Shown here in pieces: positions 9,765 to 16,869 of a DNA stretch of 32,000 bases. The stretch lies in the NCBI RefSeq assembly GCF_037902255.1, contig NZ_CP147990.1, positions 2,400,001 through 2,432,000 of the forward strand, read 5' to 3'. Source of the DNA: Candidatus Electrothrix sp. GW3-4. GTDB lineage: Bacteria > Desulfobacterota > Desulfobulbia > Desulfobulbales > Desulfobulbaceae. A model generated the notes under the pieces. The model was not told the DNA's origin, did not search any database, and saw nothing but the letters and a program-made list of their open reading frames with translations. A program made the translations under genes and the position numbers. The first letter of the stretch is position 1, and every line of letters begins with the position of its first letter.

Positions 9765-10178
9765 TTAGATCTCATCCCATGTCATAACCGGGGGTTTCTG
9801 CTTCCCGGCCCAATGACAAAGAAACTCACGGAACCGAATAATCTTACCATCCTTTACATCAAAAACATGGGTCCAGCGGTTTTCAAAAAATATCTCCGAG
9901 CCCATATCTCTTCCTGCTTCTTCGCCAAGCACAACAACGGTGTTGTCCTGATGGACAAAGTTCTTGGCATGAAAAGAGCTGAAATGCCAGGTGGAGCCCA
10001 GAATATCTAACAAATGGCGGACACCGTCTTTTCCTCGAAAGGCCTGACATTTTTCCAGGGCATCAGGCCCATTCACGACCCATTCTATCTTTTCATCACA
10101 TAACTCCAGAAAACCTTCAAAGTCCCCTGCAGTAAACTTCTTATAAACATCTTGCACAATATGAAGTGGGGATGTCAT
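9765..10178 (-). CDS. NTF2/SnoaL-like (ketosteroid-isomerase-like) family protein
   Basis: The 137-aa protein follows the pattern VYKKFTAGDFEGFLELCDEKIEW...VVVLGEE...THVFDVKDGKIIRFREF, which is typical of SnoaL_2/NTF2-like proteins. Confidence 0.7.
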   Translation of the reverse strand: MTSPLHIVQDVYKKFTAGDFEGFLELCDEKIEWVVNGPDALEKCQAFRGKDGVRHLLDILGSTWHFSSFHAKNFVHQDNTVVVLGEEAGRDMGSEIFFENRWTHVFDVKDGKIIRFREFLCHWAGKQKPPVMTWDEI

Positions 10179-10356
10179 TTTTTTCTCCAGTATACTCTAT
10201 TAGTTCACTCATCCTGAAAAACTTCACGTACAATGCGTTATCCGGCGTGCGGCTTGGTGCATACTCATCGATGGCCTGAACAGGGAGTAGTATTTTACAA
10301 TTTAATCGGCTGACAGACAAGGTCATATCAGAGGGGAGGGGGGGGCAAAAAGGGGA

Positions 10357-10518
10357 CTACTCGCCTGTGGGGAGATCCTCTTCTTCATGTTTTTCATCTG
10401 CTGGTTCTTCAAGTTGGCCTTTCTTTCGCTCCAACTTACGCAGTCTTTTTTCTTCTTTCTTTTTTTTCTTTGCGAGTTCTTTTTGGCGCTTATCAAATGA
10501 ATAGTAGTTTTTTGCCAA
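10357..10518 (-). CDS. candidate small, highly charged protein (53 aa, TTG start)
   Basis: My own translation gives AGGAG, 6 nt, then TTG at 10518, followed by AKNYYSFDKRQKELAKKKKKEEKRLRKLERKKGQLEEPADEKHEEEDLPTGE and a stop at 10357-10359. It is in a different frame from the 95-aa track ORF at 10323..10610. The sequence is low-complexity, so this call is uncertain. Confidence 0.3.
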   Translation of the reverse strand: MAKNYYSFDKRQKELAKKKKKEEKRLRKLERKKGQLEEPADEKHEEEDLPTGE

Positions 10519-10749
10519 GATATTCTCCTGAATATGAATAAAAAAGGCCCGTCACCACGGGAATTCTCGAAGCAATCTCTTGTCTTGCGACATATCGTCA
10601 CTGTTTTCAATCACAAAAACAAGAGATCTAGCCTGCCCAGAAAACGACAACCCTTTGAACAGGAAGACGACTTTTGCCCAAAGGGTTGACTTCGTTACTT
10701 TTCCTCTGCTTTCTCTTGAGAAAGGCCGGGACAGGTCAAGGCAGGAAAA

Positions 10750-10950
10750 TTACAGACCAATGACATGATCCGCAGCTGGTCCCTTGGGGCCATCAACGAT
10801 ATCAAAGCTTACTCGCTGTCCTTCCTGCAGGCTTTTGAATCCCTGGGCTTGAATAGCTGAGTGGTGAACAAAAACATCTTTGCCGCCATCCTGCTCAATA
10901 AAACCAAAGCCTTTGGAATCGTTAAACCATTTTACTGTTCCTTCTACCAT
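10750..10950 (-). CDS. cold-shock protein, CspA family
   Basis: [12 protein letters not shown] (RNP1) and VFVHHSAI (RNP2) are present. The 66-aa length is canonical. Confidence 0.95.
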   Translation of the reverse strand: MVEGTVKWFNDSKGFGFIEQDGGKDVFVHHSAIQAQGFKSLQEGQRVSFDIVDGPKGPAADHVIGL

Positions 10951-11167
10951 TTTCTCATACTCCTGTATAACTTGATTTCTCTATGAAATCTTGATGTAAA
11001 GACGGTTTGCAACCTTTGCAAGCCGTTGTGCAGATCGACCATGCGTTCTGCGGATTTTCTCTTTTTTATGGACAGACCAAGACGATTCCAGGCTGTCCTT
11101 ATTTTTTGAGCACGCGCCTGTCTTTTCGTAAAAAAAACGCTGCTTTTCTTCATGAAATGGGCCTGGC

Positions 11168-11434
11168 CTATCGGCGACGAAACTTTTTCTTCTTCGTCGG
11201 TTTGGACTCGTTACAGACAAGATCCCGGTGCTTATATCTCTTTCCGTTCAGATCTTCCATTGCCTTGTGTCCTTCGCTGCGGGTTGACATCTCCACAAAG
11301 GCAAACCCCTTTGAATGGCCTGTAAACTGATCTTTCACGAGATTTGTGCTAACAACACTCCCGTATTGGCCAAAGAGGTCGGTTAATTCATTTTCCGTAA
11401 TATTATAGGGAAGGCTGCCGACAAAAAGTTTCAT
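11168..11434 (-). CDS. RRM-type RNA-binding protein
   Basis: MKLFVGSLPY (RNP2) and KGFAFVEM (RNP1) are present, followed by a short basic tail. Confidence 0.9.
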   Translation of the reverse strand: MKLFVGSLPYNITENELTDLFGQYGSVVSTNLVKDQFTGHSKGFAFVEMSTRSEGHKAMEDLNGKRYKHRDLVCNESKPTKKKKFRRR

Positions 11435-11651
11435 ATTGCTTCTCCTGAAAAGATGATCTTATTAAAAACAACCTGATCTTTACGAAGAGGGTTGCGAGAG
11501 AGGGTAAGTATGCCCCAGGCAATACTTACGAAGGCCATCTATAGATATAGTTAAAGCAGAAACTTTAAAGGCACCAGGAATGGGCTGGTGTCACCATGAT
11601 AACGGCGACGAAAAGAAAATGCTAAAATTTATCGATTTATAGTTGGGCAGT

Positions 11652-11679
11652 ATAATACTCTAGTTAGAATTAATTGCAA
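11652..11679 (-). promoter_or_regulatory. candidate sigma70-type promoter for the RRM gene (TTGCAA-N16-TATTAT)
   Basis: On the minus strand, TTGCAA lies at 11679-11674 and TATTAT at 11657-11652. This would give a 5' leader of about 210 nt. Confidence 0.3.
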
Positions 11680-11741
11680 CAAATAAATACAAGCACGGCT
11701 GCTTCAGCGCAATTTTCCATCATTTTGGCGCGACCCCCTCT

Positions 11742-11800
11742 TTACTTCCGGCAGCTCATGTCGTCGCCTTGTTTGAGAAAATGGATATCAGAGACGGTTG
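11742..11800 (-). pseudogene. 3'-terminal remnant of a paralogue of the 13091-13693 gene
   Basis: The minus strand encodes ...VSDIHFLKQGDDMSCRK*. Compare ...VADMHFLKQGDDMSCQE* at the end of the 13091 gene. The two copies share 47 of 54 nt. The remnant's frame has an upstream stop and no ATG. Confidence 0.55.
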
Positions 11801-11900
11801 AGGTTGTTGAGGTTTTGAACAGTACATATAATAGCGAAAAGGACATAACAGCATTGAGTAATAGCATAATAACTCTTTTCCCTTCTTCATAAAAAATTTT

Positions 11901-12476
11901 TTACTCTTCAGGGTTGTGGTTACTCCCCTGCGGCCAATGACGGCACTCCAGTCCGTAACAGACATGGGCAATGAACCGGCCGTGCAGACATTCGGCATGG
12001 GTGATGATGCCTTCCTTACGCAGGCCCAGGCGTTGACAGACGGCCCGGCTTTGATGATTTTCCTCTGCAACCCGGATCTCGATCTTTTCCAGGCCAAGCT
12101 GGGCAAAGGCGAAGTTAATGAGGTAACGGCAGGTCCGGGTCATAATCCCCTTGCCCTGCTGCTGCTCTGCCAGCCAATAGCCGATCTCTGCCTTTTGCAG
12201 GAAGAGATCAATGGAGTTAAAGGCAGCAGAGCCCACCAGCTCTCCCTGATAGAGGATGAAACAGACCATGCCCTTCATGTCCGCATAGCGATGCAGGGAG
12301 GTGGTGACAAAATGGAGATAGTCCTCAAGCTGGGTGGTCTTCTCCGGCCAGGAGAGCCATTGGGAGAGATAGGCCCGATGTTTATCGACCAGGGCGTAGA
12401 CCTGCGGGGCCTGGATGTGATTGCAGAGCGAGAGCTGGATCTCCTGGTCAACGGTCAGGATAAACACCGTGCTCAC
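11901..12476 (-). CDS. GNAT-family N-acetyltransferase (RimJ/RimL-like)
   Basis: The protein has IGYWLAEQQQGKGIMTRTCRYLINFAF (acetyl-CoA motif A, Q/RxxGxG/A) and LEKIEIRVAEENHQSRAVCQRLGLRKEG. Confidence 0.85.
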   Translation of the reverse strand: MSTVFILTVDQEIQLSLCNHIQAPQVYALVDKHRAYLSQWLSWPEKTTQLEDYLHFVTTSLHRYADMKGMVCFILYQGELVGSAAFNSIDLFLQKAEIGYWLAEQQQGKGIMTRTCRYLINFAFAQLGLEKIEIRVAEENHQSRAVCQRLGLRKEGIITHAECLHGRFIAHVCYGLECRHWPQGSNHNPEE

Positions 12477-12503
12477 AAGAAAAGAAAGAAGATGAGGTCT
12501 TCA

Positions 12504-13001
12504 TCAGGCTTTTGCCTTCATGACCGGCTTTTGAATTATCAGGTTGTTGGGATAAAAGACCTCATTCCCCTCTGCATCCTTGATTTGAATATGGAACAAG
12601 GTCATATCGATAATCTCACCGGAGACGGAGCTATCGCCATCTATTATCTTAACTTTATGCCCTATCCGGTAGGGGAACGAAAAGAAGATAATGATCCCGG
12701 AGGTGATATTGCTCAGCACGGACCAGGAGGCGAAGAGGGCGACACCAACAACGGCAAAAAAGGAGGAGGTAAAGATTAATACGCCTCGTATGTCGAATCC
12801 CCAGATAAGGGCAATAACGACAAATAAGACTGAAAAGAGCAGAAAAACAAAGAACTTCTTAATATAGATGATTCTTTTTTCAAGAAATCTCTGCCGGGCC
12901 CCATACCTTGCTATAATGGGGGCAATCATTGCCATAATGACAAAGTAAGAGACCAGCGACAGGACGGAGAGCAGGACTTGCAATGAGAGCAGGGTATTCA
13001 T
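12504..13001 (-). CDS. small mechanosensitive-channel (MscS) family protein
   Basis: Three TM helices are followed by SNITSGIIIFFSFPYRIGHKVKI...GEIIDMTLFHIQIKD..G..VFYPNN, which is typical of the MscS beta domain. The gene is visibly more AT-rich than its neighbours. Confidence 0.8.
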   Translation of the reverse strand: MNTLLSLQVLLSVLSLVSYFVIMAMIAPIIARYGARQRFLEKRIIYIKKFFVFLLFSVLFVVIALIWGFDIRGVLIFTSSFFAVVGVALFASWSVLSNITSGIIIFFSFPYRIGHKVKIIDGDSSVSGEIIDMTLFHIQIKDAEGNEVFYPNNLIIQKPVMKAKA

Positions 13002-13090
13002 AATTTCACTTTATTCTCGCGGGATAAGAACATCACTCATCGTTATCCCCTGCATTGTATATCCCAGGTGTTTGCTTGCCTGCATCTTTT

Positions 13091-13693
13091 TTACTCCTGG
13101 CAGCTCATGTCGTCGCCCTGCTTGAGAAAATGCATATCAGCCACAGCTACTTGAAAAAGAGGATAGGGCCAATGCTCAAAGGCCTGCTTGCGGGCCGGGA
13201 CCGGGCAGCTTGATGTCTTGTAGAGGTCTTCCTTGCCCAGGGGCGTGATGGCCAGGTGATAGCGCAGATCCCTGGAAAAAGGGTTATGGACGTTGAGCAA
13301 CATGCCCGGGCTGATCTATGCATCATCGGGCTGGCTGAACTTGAAAACAAGGGTTCGTTCCGGGTGGATGTTTTGCGGGACATGCCTGAGGTCCTGCGGG
13401 GCGTCTTTGCCTTCGCTTGCCTCGATAAAGACCTCTTCGCCGGGAAAGATAAGGAGGAAGGCTGGCTGGACCACGGGTGGGTCCAGTTCGGAGCTATAGT
13501 TGAAGAAGGTACCGTCTTTTTGCTTGAGTCGGAAGCTGTGGTTCTTTCTGCATGGAGCGGTTTTGCAGTATTCTTCGAGGGATTTTGGTGGGTTGTTGTC
13601 AGGTTGGTCAGGGGAAACGGCAAAGGCGGGAAGAGTTAAAAAGGAAAAGATCAGGCTGGCTGATATTGCGATGATTCGTTTCTTTGTTTTCAT
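13091..13693 (-). pseudogene. secreted hypothetical protein gene interrupted by an in-frame TAG
   Basis: The track ORFs 13316..13693 (signal peptide MKTKKRIIAISASLIFSFLTLPAFA) and 13091..13303 are in the same frame. They are separated only by ...PDDA-TAG-ISPG-M... The TAG is at 13318-13316. Confidence 0.5.
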
Positions 13694-13755
13694 CGTGAAG
13701 TTAATTCCTTATATTATTTCTCATGCCCAGGCTTTGCCGAGGCACAAGTAAAACT

Positions 13756-14793
13756 TTATTTTTTCCATTCAGATGTAACTTCTTCAAGTTTTACTCCTCG
13801 CCATTTATCTTGCCATATATCAAAGTATGGAATATCGCTTGAGGATGGCTCAGGAGCACAAGGAGTTACATACACAACAGATGGCATAACCGTAGCTTCT
13901 CCAATGAGCAAAGCTTCTCCTGCTTCAAGCGAAGGTAGTCCTTCTGTTATATTGCCAAGAGTATCAGGTAACAATCTTCTGACATAATTCTGATCATCGG
14001 GGTTTGTCAGTCTCATTGCCAGGAAGTTACTGCATTGTGAAAAGATTGTTTCAGAAATTTCTGATGGACGTTGGCTAGCGATAAGTAAACTCACACCATA
14101 TTTCCTTCCTTCCTTAGCAATTCTTTCAATGGCCGATAACGAAGCTTTATAACGAGCAAGCCCGCTTCTTGGAGCATACTTATGAGCTTCTTCGTAGACC
14201 AAAAGGAAAGGTGTATCGCATGTTTTCTTTGAACGTCTAAAGTAATATCCATAGTCAAACAATAGCCGGGTAATCAAAGAAACTGTGATACTCAATACTT
14301 CAAAAGGGATACCACTGAGATCAAGTATTGTTATATTAGACTCTTTATCACGTTTGAACCCCATTAATTGATTCATCACGTCTTCAAGTGATAAATCTGA
14401 CGACTCTTCTCCGAAAATAAACTGAAGGCGTGGATTCTTAATTTTAGTTTCTAACCTTCGCACAAATTTATCTATACTTCCATCAGCATATGACCCTTTA
14501 TTTATTCCAATTTTGTTTTTTGTAGGGGCAGCCTTTTGTCCAGGAGCAAAATTAAATGATGATTTGCAGTAATGTTTGAGTTTGTCTTCTTCACTTTCAA
14601 AAGTAAAATCTTTTTGCTCAGTATCAATTATATGCAACGAATTATCCGTATCTCTTGTTTCCCTTGTTAGATTACTAAGACAATTAATAAAATCTTGAAT
14701 ATTATATTTCAGAGGACTATCAAAATAAATTCTATCAGCATCTGGATTATCCTTTTTCTTACATAGCGTGACGATAGTCCTTAGCAACTATAA
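13756..14793 (-). pseudogene. herA: HerA/DUF87-type ATPase, C-terminal half, separated from the N-terminal half by an IS insertion
   Basis: It has a Walker B-like motif (PFLLVYEEAHKYAP), EGRKYGVSLLIASQRPSEISETI and FLAMRLTNPDDQ, all typical of HerA/FtsK-like DUF87 ATPases. The open frame runs directly up to the IS end at 14794. Confidence 0.8.
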
Positions 14794-14911
14794 TGGACCC
14801 CTATTCTTGGACAGCTATTTAAGGTAGATTTTTTTCTAAAAATGCTGAATGTATTTTGGTGCGCTTGGCACGAGTCCGAAATTCATACAGCCACTACCGG
14901 AGAATCTACGC

Positions 14912-15190
14912 ATGTCACGTAAAAGAAGAGTCCACTCAGCTGCATTTAAAGGAAAAGTTGCACTTGAAGCACTGAAAGAACTAAAGCCGATTAATGTACT
15001 GGCCTCCCAGTATGAGATTCAGCCAAACCAGATTAGCACCTGGAAAAAGCAGCTAAAAGAAGGAGTAACCGAAATATTCAGCCGAAAACGCGGTAAAGCA
15101 AAAGATGATTCCCGCAAGGCTGAAAAACGCTTATACGAAGAAATCGGTCGTCTGAAAATGGAGCTGGACTGGCTTAAAAAAAAAGTCTGA
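14912..15190 (+). CDS. IS3-family transposase OrfA (HTH plus leucine zipper)
   Basis: MSRKRRVHSAAFKGKVALEALKE...NQISTWKKQLKEG...EIGRLKMELDWLKKK is the typical IS3 OrfA pattern. It ends in the A9 run (15176-15184). Confidence 0.85.
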   Translation: MSRKRRVHSAAFKGKVALEALKELKPINVLASQYEIQPNQISTWKKQLKEGVTEIFSRKRGKAKDDSRKAEKRLYEEIGRLKMELDWLKKKV

Positions 15191-16019
15191 GCCCTACTCG
15201 GATCCCCTTGATTTAATTGATTCTCAGCATAGGTCGATCAGCATCCAGAGGCAATGTGAGCTGCTTGGCATCAGTCGATCCCGCTATTACTACAAGCCAG
15301 CGGTTGAGAGCGAACTGAACCTCAAATTGATGCGAATTATCGATGAGATCTACACCGACTGTCCTTTTTACGGAAGCAGACGGATGGTCATCGAGCTGGA
15401 ACGGCGTGCTTTTCATGTTAACAGAAAACGGGTTCAACGGTTGATGCGCCTAATGGGGCTTGAGGCTATTTACCCGAAACCGAAACTAACTCATCGGAAT
15501 ATTGAACACAAAGTTTATCCATACCTTTTGAGGAACATCTTGATTGATCGTCCCAATCAGGTTTGGAGCACTGATATCACGTATATTCCGATGCAGAGCG
15601 GTTTCATGTATCTGACGGTAATTATTGACTGGTACAGCCGATACATCCTCAGTTGGCGTATATCCAATACGATGGATAACGATTTTTGTGTCGAAGCTCT
15701 TGATGAAGCATTAACTCATGGATTACCCGATATTTTTAATACAGATCAGGGAGTGCAATTCACAAGCAAGCAGTTTACACAACGCCTGACAGATGTTGAT
15801 GTAAAAATCAGCATGGACGGCAAGGGCCGAGCACTGGATAATATTTTTGTCGAGCGTCTTTGGCGTACAGTAAAGTACGAAAATATCTACCTGAAAGACT
15901 ATCGAAATGGCAATGAGTTATACCACGGTCTGGAAGAGTATTTTTCGTTTTATAACACTCGACGTCCTCATCAGTCTTTGGGGTACAGATCTCCTGAAGA
16001 TATTCATTATTGCTCATGA
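15183..16019 (+). CDS. IS3-family transposase OrfB (DDE/rve domain), with no independent start expected
   Basis: The frame is open from 15156. It encodes ...SISIQRQCELLGISRSRYYYKP...PFYGSRRM...WSTDITYI...NTDQGVQFTS...ERLWRTVKYE (the D, D, E regions). This frame is +1 relative to orfA. Confidence 0.85.
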   Translation, partial: KSEPYSDPLDLIDSQHRSISIQRQCELLGISRSRYYYKPAVESELNLKLMRIIDEIYTDCPFYGSRRMVIELERRAFHVNRKRVQRLMRLMGLEAIYPKPKLTHRNIEHKVYPYLLRNILIDRPNQVWSTDITYIPMQSGFMYLTVIIDWYSRYILSWRISNTMDNDFCVEALDEALTHGLPDIFNTDQGVQFTSKQFTQRLTDVDVKISMDGKGRALDNIFVERLWRTVKYENIYLKDYRNGNELYHGLEEYFSFYNTRRPHQSLGYRSPEDIHYCS

Positions 16020-16125
16020 GATACAGTCAAACAAATATAGGAGGAAATCACCAGATAAGAGAGTTTGTTGTTAGCCCGAAATCTATCTTAAATTATGCTA
16101 AATTTTGTGTTGACTATGGGGTCCA

Positions 16126-16858
16126 CTTTAAACGATTCCTGATTATAATTATTCCTGTCACCTGACTCTAAAAAGATCTCTTCCATTTCCTCTTCATTCA
16201 GAAGCCAATACGGAAGCACTAAATCATCTACCCCAAGAACATTTGCATCAGGGAATGCTGATTGATATTCTGAGTGAATGTCAAATATCACAATGTGTGA
16301 ATTATTCAGGCCATCATAATCGCCATTCTTTGCAGCAATTGCCTCCTGCAGAATTGTAGCAACTGTATGTGATTTTCCTGATCCTGTCGCTCCAACTATC
16401 GCAATATGTTTATTGAAAAATCTATCCCCATGAACAGGTACCTTTATTTCTCTTTGCCGACTTAACACGGAGAAACAAAATCTTTTATCTTCTTCAAACG
16501 CATTGCTGTAAATAGCCTTTACTTCATCTTCAGTAGCAGGCAAAACCTTTTTGGGTGGTATAGCTAATTCATCACCACCTCTTTTAAACTCCCCGCCCTG
16601 AAGCGTCCCTAGTGGGTATGCCTCAATGATATAAACCCGCTTAAAATTGCCATCAGGTTTTTCTTTTACCTCAATTGCAAAACTCTCAATAATACAGATC
16701 AAAGAGACATTCTCATTGTCAGAAATTTTCAAATACGAACCAACACGAAGGCTTTCTTCAGCAAGCTTAAAAGTAGTAAGATCGTCGACCGATATTTTAA
16801 CACGGTTAGGATAAACAGCGATTACTTCGGCATTTACTTTTTGTTCATCTGCTTCCAC
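16126..16858 (-). pseudogene. herA: HerA/DUF87-type ATPase, N-terminal half (barrel domain plus Walker A)
   Basis: The N-terminal beta-barrel-like region (VIAVYPNRVKISV...VGSYLKISD) is followed by Walker A (HIAIVGATGSGKSHTV). After ...NNYNQESFK the frame runs into the IS inverted repeat, and the last 7-8 track residues are IS-encoded. Confidence 0.8.
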
Positions 16859-16869
16859 TATTCAGCCCT

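Larger units (their letters stand above)
14794..16125 (+). mobile_element. IS3-family insertion sequence (1,332 bp)
   Basis: The terminal inverted repeats are TGGACCCCTAT... (14794) and ...ATGGGGTCCA (16125). Subterminal ATTTAAG(G/A)TAGAT occurs at both ends. It has the two-ORF transposase layout with a DDE orfB, and it interrupts the herA reading frame. Confidence 0.9.

Noticed and set aside
10537-10563. A terminator-like hairpin on the minus strand (CCCGT-ggtg-ACGGG, then CCTTTTTT) downstream of csp
   Set aside because: The stem is only 5 bp, and it lies about 190 nt beyond the csp stop. It may be real, but the support is insufficient to list it as a feature.
13316-13318. The in-frame TAG read as pyrrolysine
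   Set aside because: The gene is not a methylamine methyltransferase type. No pyl genes or PYLIS-like context are visible in the window. A nonsense mutation or two adjacent ORFs is the simpler reading.
15176-15184. The A9 run dismissed as a plain homopolymer sequencing error
   Set aside because: I did not reject this outright and kept it as an alternative in the finding. I cannot decide from one sequence. I listed the run as a finding because A9 with a +1-frame orfB is also a known transcriptional-slippage configuration.
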